Part shown: positions 13,201-26,600 of the stretch, piece after piece
How positions within the stretch are numbered: position 1 is the first letter of the stretch
Layout of the letters: each line of letters opens with the position of its first letter
From: Chiloscyllium plagiosum
Lineage: Eukaryota
DNA length: 64,000 bases
Direction of reading: 5' to 3'
NCBI RefSeq assembly: GCF_004010195.1
Contig: NC_057734.1
Location: forward strand, 25,032,206-25,096,205
Position numbers and translations under genes: made by a program
The notes under the pieces: generated by a model
Databases searched by the model: none
Seen by the model: the letters and a program-made list of their open reading frames with translations, nothing else
What the model was told of the DNA's origin: nothing

Positions 13201-14139
13201 CACTATAGGATGAGGCCAGTTCCTGCCTTGCAGTGTTTGAACTGACGTGAATATGATGTCAATGATATGAATGCAACAAAGTCCAAGCAGGGGGTGAAAC
13301 CCTACCTCTTTCCTAGTTTAAAATTTCATGTGACAGGCGATGAAGAGGCATGAGTAATGAGGTAAAGAGTGGATGATTATATGACAAAAACACTACAGGA
13401 CAAGGCAGACCCGGCGCCGTGAATCTCACTTGAAAAGGACAGTTTCGGTTCTTGACCTGTTAGGACTTGATTCGGAAGAGCATGCCAATAATTGAGACAC
13501 TGTCACAAATATATAAATAACCAATTAAATCATTAGGTGGTCAATTTGCATGAATGATTGCTATTCACTTCAAAAGCAATTCATACCAGGTTTCATCAAT
13601 AACAAAAATAACTATATATTGGAAACACAAATCCTTTAAATTATGGCAGAGAAGAAGAGGCTAATCTACTACAATGCAAGTTAAACTATATTCTCTTAAA
13701 TGCCAAATATACACATAGGTACACTCATTCACGAACAAGATGAATAAAAGACAGAGTTTGATGTGCTCTGCTTGGCGGTTTTGATGATTCTGACTGCGTT
13801 GCTCCATCAGTTTGTAGCAAACTTCATCTCATCAAATCTGAGGTGTGTCACAGCAGTTCTTTCTTAACTTAAAAACTCCTGATGCTTTTCTGAATCAATA
13901 CTGCAATAATCTCACTGCCCAAACAATAACATTGTCTTGTAGCACTAAAGATGGGCATCACTAAATTTTCCAATTTGCAAAACTTAGCATAATTATTCAA
14001 CTATACAGCAGTGACTAACTTGTATTCTAGTTCATTATCCAAAATGAACCTGATGCATGCATGCGCTCCCTTAATTACTATCACGATCCATTGGGTCCTG
14101 TATGATGAGCTCTTCTATCATTCTATTCCTCCTGTATAC

Positions 14140-14312
14140 CACCCCATTACAGACTTTCCACTGTCCTTGCCTCACTAACCCATTGTTCAAAATCTATTCC
14201 ATCTAATTTTTACCAGTTTTGATGAAAGACCAGTGACCTGAAGCTTAATGCCTTTTCTCTGCAGATGCTAACACCTTACTTTCTGAGTATTTCCTGTACT
14301 TTCTGCTTCTTT
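14140..14312 (+). mobile_element. Old Penelope-type terminal repeat remnant (family D-like)
   Basis: CAGTTTTGATGAAAGACCAGTGACCTGAAGCTT...CTGCAGATGCT...GAGTATTTCC is a decayed CTGATGA-stem-GAAAC followed by the shared tail. Confidence 0.5.
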
Positions 14313-14722
14313 AAAAGTTTTATTTTATTCCATCTGGAAACCCTGAATATTGCCTAGATGAGGCTGAAAACACTTTTGGCAAGTTGAGAGTTCAGTGTTC
14401 TGGCACTCCATAAAAACACAGCACAGCGAACATCAGCCTTGTACGTGAACTGAAAACATAATTGATTTTCTTAACATATTTAAAATTAGGAAGGGATGGT
14501 TCTAATTAGGTAAGGAAAACTATCTCCAGTAGTTGAGGGTCTAGAATAACAAATATATATGTAAGTGAATGTAAGAAATTTAGGACAGAGAGCAGAAGAA
14601 ATATTTTTCACACAGGGTAGTGAGGTTGTGTTATAACAATATATGCAGGTTCACTTAAATGGACCACTTCTACATTGTAACTTCAATATAACAATATTTT
14701 TCTTTAAATGTACCATACTTAC

Positions 14723-14774
14723 GTGGAAATCCAGCTTGCCTCATCAACTTCTTTTTAGAAAGGACTTTCATTGC
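14723..14774 (-). CDS. CAMKK2: CAMKK2 coding exon 4 (52 nt)
   Basis: ttgcag|AMKVLSKKKLMRQAGFP(R)|gtaagt; contains the ATP-binding lysine (AMK). Confidence 0.96.
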
Positions 14775-15087
14775 CTGCAAAGGAAACTTAATATCTGAAG
14801 CTTAAAAATTTAAAACATGAATAAACTTTAGTTTCACAAAATGTGATAAGAATCAGTAATTTTGAATTCCAGAAAACACGGAAAAATGTACTTATATTCA
14901 TTGTATCATATTAAACAATATCTTACAGAAATTAAGAACAGAAATTAGATTTGTCGTTATGCTGTGACCAATCCACAAAAATAATTAAAAGTATGACATT
15001 CTGGATCTTCAATCTGCTTAACATGCAGCAAAATCATAATCATCAAAATCTCCAATAAGAGAAATGTTTAATTTATTCAGCACATAC

Positions 15088-15141
15088 ATAGTAGGTGTTA
15101 TCATCTTCGTTATATGCCAGTTTGACAACTCCATAGGAACC
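15088..15141 (-). CDS. CAMKK2: CAMKK2 coding exon 3 (54 nt)
   Basis: gtgcag|GSYGVVKLAYNEDDNTYY|gtatgt; glycine-rich loop. Confidence 0.96.
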
Positions 15142-15661
15142 CTGCACAATAGAACATATAAATTCAGAAGACAATTGTGGTATAATTCATTAATTGATAA
15201 CTCTTGCATAAATTATTCATCTCATAAATATTAAAGTCAACAACAGCTGCAAATGTTTGTTAAGAAATTGTAAGTAGTAAGCAAGGATGGCAAGATGGTC
15301 TGCCAGGCACAGGGCATCCCAGCAATCCACAAAAGTGTTTATGACAGCTGCTTCGCTGCAGACGGTTCAAGCAAAGATTAGACAGGAAGGGAAGTATGTA
15401 TTGCTGGCTTGCTCAATTTCCAAATACACACTTCTTTCCTCTGGTAAAGCTTTCTTGGAAATAAGAGGGGGAGCTTATGTGGGTGGATATAGTACCTAAA
15501 TTCTGTTTTTCACACTAAGATTTTCTCCAAAAATAATTACTTCACATTTCTAATATTCAATATCGAAGTACAGCTGCAAAGACAAACAGCATAAAAGCAT
15601 CGTTAAGAGTATTTAAGAACAATTTTGGTTACATAAAACAGTTGTAATTTTTTATGCTCAC

Positions 15662-15709
15662 CTTTCCAATTTCATCTTTTAATTTGTACTGGTTTAACTG
15701 CACACAGTC
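15662..15709 (-). CDS. CAMKK2: CAMKK2 coding exon 2 (48 nt)
   Basis: gtgtacag|DCVQLNQYKLKDEIGK|gtgagc; phase 0/0, start of the kinase domain. Confidence 0.96.
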
Positions 15710-16037
15710 CTGTACACAAAATATATAAGTAAACATCATCAATAAATGAAATATTATTAGAACACTGACATGAAAACTTAATAAAATAGTCAATTAATCA
15801 TGCCTCAGTGGCTTTTAATTTTCAACTTCATGGCAACATCGATCTTTTCGCATGTCAACATTTTCACTCATCCTAAAGCAGGTGATGCTGTTTAAATTGT
15901 AAAGGTTTCCATGCACTAATGAAAATAATCTTAATTAGAGGGAACTTCTGATGTTGTTATATAAAACAAAAGCTGTGAATTCATATCAGCCTAACCTCAG
16001 AATTTTCAAAGTATTTTCAAGTTTAATTTTTTATCAT

Positions 16038-16370
16038 CGAGGAGAAAGTGAGTCTGCAGATGCTGGAGATCAAAGTTGAAACTTTATTGCTGGAACAGCA
16101 CAGCAGGTCAGGCAGCATCCAGGGAACAGGAGATTCGACGTTTCGGGCACAGGCCGAAACTTCCTGAAGAAGGGCCTGTGCCCGAAACGTCGAATCTCCT
16201 GTTCCCTGGATGCTGCCTGACCTGCTGTGCTGTTCCAGCAATAAAGTTTCAACGTCGGTACTAATGGGTTAGCCTTAAATGCACGCTGTTTATGCTGACT
16301 CACGCATCACTCCTGGTCAATTGGATGCTGCCTGACCTGCTGTGCTGTTCCAGCAATAAAGTTTCAACAC
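16038..16370. mobile_element. Young palindromic Penelope-derived element (family A variant) with intact hammerhead core
   Basis: Perfect 81-bp inverted arms 16075-16155/16173-16253; core CTGAAGA AGGGC CTGT GCCC GAAAC GTC 16164-16191; 14-bp TSD TAATTTTTTATCAT 16024-16037/16371-16384. Confidence 0.88.
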
Positions 16371-16529
16371 TAATTTTTTATCATGCCATTTTCTGTAATA
16401 CAATGTTGAAATGTTGACCAAGTTTGAATTACTCACTTCTCCTCGATTACTTGGATAAACCAAACACTTATGCTTTCATTTGAAAGTCTTGCAATATTAA
16501 CAGGATATTCTAGGATGGGGAAAGTACGA

Positions 16530-17210
16530 ACATAAAATGAACACGCAGATTAGGAGCAGAACGAGACCACAGAGTGTCTTGAACCTGTTCTGCCATTCAT
16601 AGATGATGATCTGATTACTCCACTGATTATTCTTACATTCCCCCATCAACCTTTCACATACTTGTTCATCAAAAATCTATGTGTGCCTTAAAAATATTCA
16701 ATACCTTTCATCCAACGCCTTTTGAAGAGAATTTCAAAGAGACGCACTGAGGGAAAGGATTTCCCGTTTCTGTATTAAATGGACAACGCCTTATTTTTAA
16801 AGCTATCTCCCAATTCTAGACTCCCCCACAAGAAAAAAATCTTTCCACAGCTATAGGTCAGAAGCCCCCAGGATCTTACATCTTTAATCAAGTCATGTCT
16901 TGCTACTCTAAACTCTATCAGATGCAAACCTAATCTGTTCAAGCATTCTGTTCTATGTATTAATATAGTAAATCTTCTCTGAACTGTCTCCAATGCATTT
17001 ATATCTTTCCTTAACAAAATGAGACTAATACTGTACACAGTACTCCAAATACGGTCTCACAACATCCTGTTTAACTGAAGCATAACTTCTGTACATTTGC
17101 AATCAAGTCCCCTGGACTAACATTCTATGAACTTTCCCAAATATTTGCTGCACTTGCATACTAACATTTTGAGATTCATGCGCTTAGACACCCAGATTAT
17201 ACGCATCTCA
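16530..17210 (-). mobile_element. CR1 LINE 3' fragment
   Basis: LRKDINALETVQRRFT..LNRLGL motif. Confidence 0.8.
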
Positions 17211-18800
17211 AAGGAACCCCACTGCCAAGCTTGATCTTGTCCAGATACCTGGCAGCAGGAAATCCACAATGATAAAGAGAAACCTAACAGATTAGTCAGT
17301 AAACCCAGCAGGAACAGTGGTTATATAGATGCATCCAATTCAGAGGTTGTGATTTGAAATCCCAGAATAAATATGTTCATTTGTGGAACAGATCAGGCAA
17401 TTATTATACCTACCAGACTGCTGTAAATCTTGTATGGTTGATTAACATCACTCAGTGATGGGAATCTCTTAACGTAAGAGACCCCCATTTCTGTTCCATA
17501 CAAAAGACTGACTCCTGCAGAATTTTGGGTGACTAAGGTTGAGGAACAAACACTGTCTTGCAAGTGTAACTCATATCCTTGTAATAAATACAAACATTTG
17601 AAACAACTTTGAATCAATGAAGGTTTTTGACTCTAGTAGCTGCAATCAAACGTGTTGTCACAATATCTGTCTTTTTAGTTATAATCCTTTACACTTAAAA
17701 AGGTTTAACTGCACACAATACTATTTGTGAAAGAATATAAAAAATGAACTATACACAAGTGTATTGATAATACAGGCAACTTAACAAATTTGTCAACTGC
17801 ACATCTAATTGAACAGGTGCGATTTCAACAAGTCCACATTCACACTGAACCTGAAATACATTGGTGCAAAATTAAGATGCAAAAAAGTCACTTAAAGCAA
17901 CAAAATAAACACAGAGGACACTGATTGTTCAGACAGCTTGGTCATCCACCCAAAAATAAACATATGGTTTCTACTATTATGACAGTCAATTAAATTCAAC
18001 AGTGTGAAATATTCTTAATAAAGCAACTGCTGCCTCGTTTTTAATATTTATCTTTTATCAATCCAGCCATATTACTGCAAAATTCCATGGTAACACATTG
18101 TGAATAAATGCTCAATTACAAGCAGACCCTCCAAGCAAATCACAACTCTACAACCTAGCAGTAATTCAGTGAACTTACAGAATACTGTTTCAATTTAACC
18201 TCACAAAACACAGCATTCAATTCTACCAAGGTACATTCAATCTGGACTCTGCAACACACAAACCATTGAGGACTGAAGAGGATGAACTTAAGTATATAAA
18301 TCAAATCACTTCTAAATTACCAAAACCCTTCATCACATGAAATTTTTCCAACTTGTTACTGCATTCAGAATACCATACAAAGGTGGCTTGCTATGATGCA
18401 ATAAATAATTAAAAACAGCTTACTAAGAGTTACCTATCAATGTTACAACTTAGTGAGAAACTGGAAATTGAGACTATTCTTGACTGCAGAACTCTGACAA
18501 ATGCATTGGGACTGTGTTCCCTTAATCATGGATATCTTTTTAAAGCATTGCTTGCAAAAAAAACCCCAGGAAACTGACAAAGTGAGTCACTGTCATGCAC
18601 GTTACCACAACAATAAGCTGCTTAAGTAAATTTAAGACATTTTAAATAGATCCTTAAGATATTTTAGGAAAGGGCTTGATCTAAATATTAACATCTTTCA
18701 GGAATTTTTTTTCTGCACATGCTACTTGGTCACAAATTTCCTTTCAATTTAAACCTATTAACATTTTTAGGACATTTTGTGGTAAATTGAAGATATGGAA

Positions 18801-19133
18801 GAATCGTAGAATCCTGACAGTACAGATAGAGGCCATTTGTTTGTCGTGTTCCTCTGTAAGGCATTCCATCCAGATCTACACCATCACCTTAGCATTTACC
18901 ATGGCTAATTCACCTAGTTGGCAAATCCCTGAACACTGTGGGGCAATTGTAGCATGGCCAATCCACCAAACCTGCACATCTTTGTGATTGTGGGAGAAAA
19001 TTGGAGCACCCAGCAGAAACCCACATAGACACGGGCAAAAGCATGCAAACTCTTGAGACAGTAACACGGCTGGAATCAAACCGGGTTCCCAGCAATATGA
19101 CGCAGCAGTGCTAACTTCTGTGCCACTATGCCA
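18801..19133 (-). mobile_element. tRNA-derived shark SINE (HE1-like)
   Basis: Reverse complement of the family at 4736. Confidence 0.8.
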
Positions 19134-19322
19134 TCTGCTACGGCCCACAAACATCAGATATTGATTCTATAATCTTTCAAATTATTATAGAGGATGACAT
19201 TTGGCAAATTTTAATATTAATTCTCATCTGTTTTCTTATTCTACATCATCTTTTACTAAGTTGCCTTTCAATTAAAAGAAAAGGTGGTCCAATGATTCCA
19301 CCTAGTGGTCACTGTACATGCA

Positions 19323-20135
19323 TGATGTGGAGGAGTCAGTGTTGGACTGGGGTGGACAAAGTTAAAAAAATTACACAACACCAGATTATAGTCCCACAGT
19401 TTTATTTGGAAGCACTAGCTTTTGGGGCGCCACTCTTTTTTCAGGTAGTTGTGGAGTAGGATCATTAGACACAGAATTTATAGTAAAAGATTACAGTGTC
19501 ATGCAAGTAAAATTATATATTTAACAAACCTTGATTGTTGTTAAGTCTTTCATCTTTTAGAATGGGTTACAGGTTTCAGTTCATTAATGTGTAAATCCCA
19601 GAACTTATTTTAAGTCATCTTCTCAAGATAAATTGAGGTTTGGTCTATGGGGTGAATTTGTATTTGCAGAATTATATTTACAGATACATTCTATTTTGCT
19701 CAAAAAATACACAACCAGTAGGCTGTCAATGAGACAGACAATCCACATAATATTTTGCAAATTCCACTTTGGAAATAGAACCAGTCTGAGTCAAGATCGG
19801 GATAAAGACAGACTCACACCTTTAAGGCACTGTCTGAGCTGAGATGTCACCTTTTTTATATAAAAACCTTAATTTACCTTGAGAATGTGACTTAAAAAGT
19901 TCTGGTATTTACATATTAATGAATCAAAACCTGTAACCCATTCTAAAAGATGAAAGACGTAACAACAATTGAGGTTTGTTAAATAGATCATTTTACTTGC
20001 ATGACACTGTAATCTTTTGCCATAAATAGTCTTTTGCTCCTACTCCACAACCACCTGAAGAAGGAGCAGCGCTCCGAAAGCTAGTGTTTCCAAATAAACC
20101 TGTTGGACTATAACCTGGCGTTGTGTGATTTTTAA
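19323..20135. mobile_element. Large inverted-repeat Penelope-derived element, family B
   Basis: Arms of about 280 bp (19360-19641 and 19864-20135) around a 220-bp spacer; core CTGAAGAAGGAGCAGCGCTCCGAAAGCTAG 20055-20084; TSD CACT(G/A)TACATGCA 19310-19322/20136-20148. Confidence 0.82.
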
Positions 20136-20357
20136 CACTATACATGCAGTGAGTTCAAATTCCAGCATCATTACATTTTGTGACAAGAATCATGCTCAGA
20201 CTGAAATCATAGAAGACTAAAAAAATTTTGTGAAGAGAGAACTCAAGAAGACCCACGTCTACATTGCACAAGGGAATCTAATCTAATCTAATCTAAATTA
20301 ACAACTGATCAGCTGAGGTACAAAATGGACTTTAGATAATGACAGATAGTAAATTAA

Positions 20358-20985
20358 TCATAGTCACAGAATTGTACAGCATGACTGTATGATGGTCCAA
20401 CTTGTCCGCACCAACCAGAGATCTCAATCTGACCTAGTCCCTTGTGTGAAAAAGTTACCCTTCTGGTCCTTTTTAAATCTTTCCTCTCCCACCTTAAACC
20501 TATGCCCTCTAGTTGTGGGATCCCACATCCTAGAAAAAAAAACTTTGGCTATTCACTCTATGCATGCTCATCATGATTTTGTAAACTTCTAAAGTCACCA
20601 GTCAGCCTTCAATGCTCCAGGTAAAGAAGCCCCAGTCTATTCAGCCTCTCCCTATAACTCAAACCCTCCAGTCCTGGCAACATCCTTGTGGATCTTTGCT
20701 GCAACCTCTCAAGTTTAACAACATCATTCCTATATAAGAAAAACCAGAATTGTACGCAGTGTTATAAAAATGGCCTCACCAATGTCCTGTACAGCTGCAA
20801 CATGATGCTCCCAATCTTATAATCAATGTTCTGACCAATGAAGGCAAGCATACCGAATGTCTTATTCCCACCTTGTCTACCTGCGGTTCCACTTTCAAGG
20901 GAGTATGTACTTGCACTCCTAGGTGTTTTTGCTTGGCAAAACTCCCTAGGGCCCTGTAAATCCTGTTCCTGGTTTGCCTCATACA
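20358..20985 (-). mobile_element. CR1 LINE 3' fragment
   Basis: FGMLAFIGQNIDYK..MLQLYRTLVRP motif. Confidence 0.85.
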
Positions 20986-21884
20986 CAGTGTTCTGCTCCT
21001 CATTCTAATTAGCAATCTCTGTTAGAAGCACTATGCTTAATCAAGTGGGCAGGATCCTGCTTGGCTGCGTCAGCCCATGCAGTTGACAAGCTTGCTGATA
21101 TTCTGAGTTTTGGCTCACATATAAAGAACTATTGTTTGATGCCTATGCAATTTTGATCCACAGTATTTCTGCACACTGAAGGGATGGTTGGGACGGAGAG
21201 GTGGGGAGAAAGAAACAAAGGAGAAGAGAAAACAGATTAATACTAAATATTAAAAAGTGATTCATTCACTTCATGTGGTTTCACACTCCTAGTTGAATAT
21301 TAGCTACAAAAATAAAGAATTTGAAAAACATACAAAAGACACCATTAACCAAGAAGAAGCTAAGTAGTGGTCGGCTGAAAGCAGAGAGAAATAGGAAGGT
21401 GAGGAGGAGAAAGAGACCGAGAAAAGAAACAAAGATTGTGGAGCAAATATTTTCATGATATTCAGAATGATGAAATTAAACCATTGAACAAAGGCACTAC
21501 AGCCTGAAACAGTAAATGATGCAGCAAAATTGAACAAGAAGTGCTACACAGCAACTATAACAATAAACACTGACGCAAGTATGAAACCAAAAGTTAACAG
21601 GAAATAAATGTTTTGGAGACATTAAGTATTTTATCTTTTTGAAAACACTGACACTTGCCGCACATACTCCACAAAGTTCCCTTTATTAACCTATCCAAAC
21701 AGCTATTTTTCAGTAGGAGGTTCAGCAGTAAATGTTGCCAGGCTATGAGGACATCATACGCAAACTAAATACCTGCAGATGAATTTTTTAACAATGGTTA
21801 TCATAATCATTACGAGTGGGAATCCTGGCTGATTTTTCTTCCCCAGGCTAGGAAAGTGCTGAAATACCACCCTAAATACTCAAT

Positions 21885-22255
21885 GGCTGAGGGGGGGAAC
21901 CTGATAGAGATTTATAAAATCATGAAGTGCATGGAAAGGGTGAATAGCTAAGGTCTTTTCCCCAGGGTAGCACAGTCCAAAACTAGAGGGCACAGGTTTC
22001 AGATGAGAGGGGAAAGATTTAAAATGGACCTAACAGGCGACTTTTTCACGCAGTGTGGTGTGTGTATGGAATGAATTGGCAAAGGAAGTAGTGGAGGCTA
22101 ATACAAGAACAACATTTAAAAGCCATCTGGAAGGATTTAGAAGGATATAGGCTAAATCCTGGCAAATGGGACAAGATCAGTTTAGGATATCTGGTTGGAA
22201 TGGACAAGTGGCACCAAAGGGTCTGTTCCCATGCTGTAGAACTCTATGACTCTAA
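21885..22255 (+). mobile_element. CR1 LINE 3' end
   Basis: DLIEIYKIM-type coding end and CR1 3'UTR ending CTCTATGACTCT. Confidence 0.8.
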
Positions 22256-23699
22256 GAGTTGAAACTTAACAAGTGTGTACGGATTGCAAATATATAGTTT
22301 TCCCTTAGTTGTAAGTAAAGGAGCCAACCAGTGTTGAACTAATTCATTTATTATAATTTTTACAGCTACATTGAGTGCATATTAAAAAAGGAAAAGATGG
22401 CTGTATTCCCAAAGTCATGAAGGCTCCTTTAATATCCTGATGAGCAGAAGATCAGTAGAAGTTGTAGGAACAAGCTGAAGATTCAAATGACAGCAATATT
22501 TGCGTATCCTTCCTAAAATACTTATTTCCAATTTCTATTAGAATCCAGATAGACAATCTCAATCACAGAAATGTAACCTGCAGCTTCAGCACTGAGAAAC
22601 TTACAGCAGCACTTCAAGTTTCTGCCCATTCTGCTGGCTAGGAGACAGGTTTATGCCTGGGGAAATCCAAGTGCTCTCATCAGTTAATTGGAGAACATCT
22701 CAGGTACACTTGTTGTGTCCAGCATTGGTTCTTGGAGGGAGGGATCTCCTAGCTGATCTGTAGTGTGTAATTGTTAAAGCTAAATAGATGGCACAAGCTT
22801 TTGCTACTTTGCTAGCAACTGCTGAACTGTCTACAAGTTGTTTTTGATAAAATCTTTAAAGGACATTCTCAAAAAAGCTCTTCATACTAAAACATCATTT
22901 TGTTTCATATCATCGAGTTCCGCTCATGCCTAAAGAATAGAAAGAAGGTACTAAATAATGCATTCACATTTCTTTTTTGCAGAGGAGGGCTATGTGGGTG
23001 AGAGTGACATTATGGCAGGATGTGACTGAGGTCTGCGTAGGTCTAAGACTAATTAATTGAATCTGTGTAGGTGGATAATTGATTGGATTGGTTCAGTGAG
23101 TGACAACGCAGGATGGGTAGCTGACTGCAGGTCACCAAGTAGATTGATAGGAGACTGGATAAATGACTTTACAAGCTAGGGAATATAAGGTAGAAGACTG
23201 GATGGCTGACACAAAGGGCAACTGTAGGCTTTACATTTCCATTTGACCAAAGACCGATTCATTATAAAGAAAATAACTGCACTAGAAATTAAATGTTGCC
23301 AGACCTGTTAGCAACGGTAGAACTGATGTGAATAATTCTGCAATTGTAAACACACTGGGTTAGAAACATATATTCTACAAGCAGTTACTTATATATCATA
23401 TAAAAATGCAGTGTTTTCACACATCTTCAATACAAAACTACAAAATATCTTTGTTTTTTTTGTAAATAATATCCCCTTTTCAAACACTATTTCCTGTTCT
23501 AATATTACCAAGAGGCAGGCTGCCAAAGCCTTTGATGTCTGAATGGAACGAGATATTAATTGCGGCCTAGCATTATTCCTTTTGATCTTTCCTTTCTTCA
23601 ACTAGGAGCTGAATTGTATCATGCTCATGATAGCACAGCACAAAAGCTAAACTACATGATGAATTAAACTAAGATCATCTAACTTGAGCTCTAGTGAAG

Positions 23700-26600
23700 A
23701 CCATAAGATAGAGGAGCAGAATTAGGCCATTCAGTTCATTGAGTCTGCTCTGCTATTCGATCATGGCTGATATGTTTTTCAACCCCATTCTCCTGCCTCT
23801 CCCTGCAAACGTTTGTCTACTTACTAATAAAGGATCTATGTAACTCTGTCTTGAAGACGCTCAATGACTTGGCAATGTGTTCTGCAGATTCACTGCCCTC
23901 TGGCTGAAGAAATTCCTCCTCATCTCAGTTCTAAAGAGTTGTCCCTTCACTCTAATGCTGTGCCTTCTGGTGACAGCCTTTCCTACTAGTGGAAACACTT
24001 TCTCCACATCTACTCTACCCAAGTCTCTCAGTCTTGCCTTCATTGCTCAGTCATTTGAGTATAGGAGTTGGTAAGTCATCTTGAGGTTGTACAGATTGTT
24101 GGTGAGCCTCCTTCTGGAGTGCTGTGTCCAGTCTGGTTGCCCAGTTATAGGAAGGCTATTACTAAGCTAGAGAGATTTACCAGGATGTTGCCAGGTATGG
24201 AAAGTTTGACTTCTACAAAAATGCTTGATACACTGGGACTTTTTTCACTGGAGCGTTGGAGATTGAGAGGTGACTTAATAAAGTTTATAAAATAATGAGA
24301 GGTATAGAGTTAAAGGCAGTCTTTTCCCAAGGATGAGGGATTTCAAGATTAGGGGCACATTTTGTAAGGTGAGAGGAGAGAGACTAAAAAAGATATGAAG
24401 GGCAATTTTTGTTTTACACAGAGGATGGTTCGTATGTGGAATGAACTTCCTGAGGAAATGGTGGATGTGGGTGCAATTACAACTTGTAAAAGACATTTGG
24501 ATAGGTACATGAATAGGAAAGGTTTGGGGGGATATGAGTTAGGAATAGGCAGGTGGGACTAGTTCAGTTTGGAATTATGTTCAGTATGGACTGGTTGGAC
24601 TGAAGGGTCTGTTTCTGTGCTGTACAACTCCATTCTCTAAGTTTTAATGAGATCCATCCCCCACTTCAGCATTCTTAACAATATTGAGTATGGACTCCAA
24701 GTCCTCAACTGCTCTTTATACGACAAGGCCTTCATCCCCAGGATCATTCTTATAAACATATTTAAAGGGTGGTTATGGTTTAGAAATAAATATTTCAAAT
24801 AGACAGGAAAATTAGGAGGAGTAAGCTTGATAGTAAAAAATGACATAAGAGTGAGAAAGGATATTGATTCAGATGATCAGGAAATAGATTCAGAACGAGA
24901 CGAGGTGAAGAGTAAAGAGGGCCAGAAAGTACTGGTTAGCATAGTTTATGGTCCCATACAAGTAGTTCAGTCATTGAATAGAGTATTAAACAACATAATT
25001 GGAGCTTGTAACAAGAGCAACGTAATATGTGGGGGACTTCCATCTTTATATAGGCTGGACCATTCAAATTGACAAATTAACTGGAAGATAAATTTGTGGA
25101 ACGCTTTCATGAGTTTCCAGGAGCAATACATTATGGAACTGACTGGGTTAAAAGTAATTTTTGATGTAGTATTGTGCAATGAGGCAGACTTGGAGTCATA
25201 GAAATGTACAGCACGGATACAGACTCTTCGGTCCATCTCATCCATGCCAACACATATCCCGACTTAATCTAGTCCCATTTACCAGTACTTGGCCCATATC
25301 CCTCTAAACTCCTCATATTCATCTACCCATCCAGATGCTTTTTAAATGTTGTAATTTTACAGCCTCCACCTCTTCCTCTGGCAGCTCATTTCATACAAGT
25401 ACAATCGTTTGCATGGAAAATTTGCCCATTTGATCTCTTTTAAATCTTTCGCCTCTTACCCTAAACCTATACCCTCTAGTTCTGGACTCTCCCACCCCAG
25501 GGAAGAGACCTTGTCTATTTACCCTATCCATGCCCTTCATGATTTTATAAACCTTATAAAGGTCAGCCCTTAGCCTCAGACGGTCCAGGGAAAACTGCCC
25601 CTGCCTATTCAGCCTCTCCTTATAGCTCAAACCTCCAACCCTGGCAATATTCTTATAAATCGTTTCTGAACCCTTTCAAGTTTCACAACATCCTTCTGAT
25701 AGGATGGAGACCATAACAGCACGTAATATTCAGTGACCTAACCAACGTCCTGTACAGCTGCAACATGCCCTCCCAACTCCTATACTCAATGCTCTGACCA
25801 ATAAAGCAAAACAAATACCTTCTTCACTATCCTACCTGCGACTCCACTTTCAAAGAGGTATGAATCTGCATACCAAGATCTCTTCTTTCAGCAACACTCC
25901 CTTGGACCTTACAATTAAGTGTATAAGTCCTGCCCTGATTTGCCTTTCAAAATGTAGCATCTCATATTTATCTAAATTAAACTCCATCTGCCACTCCTTG
26001 GCCTATTGGCCCATCAGATCAAGATACTACTGAAATCTGAGGTAACCTTCTTCACTGTCCACTCCACCTTCAATGTGACGTCATCTGCAAACTTGCTAAC
26101 TATACCTACTATGTTCATATCCAAATCACTTATATAAATGATGAAAAGCAGTGGACCCAGCACCGATCCCCGTGGCACACCACTGGTCACTGGCCTCCAA
26201 TCTGAAAAGCAACTTCCACCACCACCCTCTGTCTTCTGCATTTGAGCCATTTCTGTATCCAAATGGCTAACCTTGCTAACCAATCTACCATGAGGAACCT
26301 TGTCAAACACCTTACTGAAGTCCATTTGGATTATGTCCACCGCTCTGCCCTCATCAATCCTCTTTGTTACTACTTTAATTTGTAATTTGGTAAATGACAA
26401 ACTTGGAAAACATGATCATAATACAAATATATTTTCTGTTAAATTTGCAAGTGATGTATTCCAATTTCCAACAAGAATCTTAAAGTCAATTACATAGATA
26501 TGGGGTGAAGACTGGCAAAGCTTGTTTGGGTAAATGGAATGGATGCAAAATAAAGCAATGTAAAACATTGAAAAAAAAAACACGATTCAAATGCTCAACA

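Noticed and set aside
16023-16303. Near-identical ORFs on both strands (…CWNSTAGQAASREQEIRRF…), also at 9613-9839 and 58106-58552
   Set aside because: By-product of the palindromic repeat; no protein-family signal.
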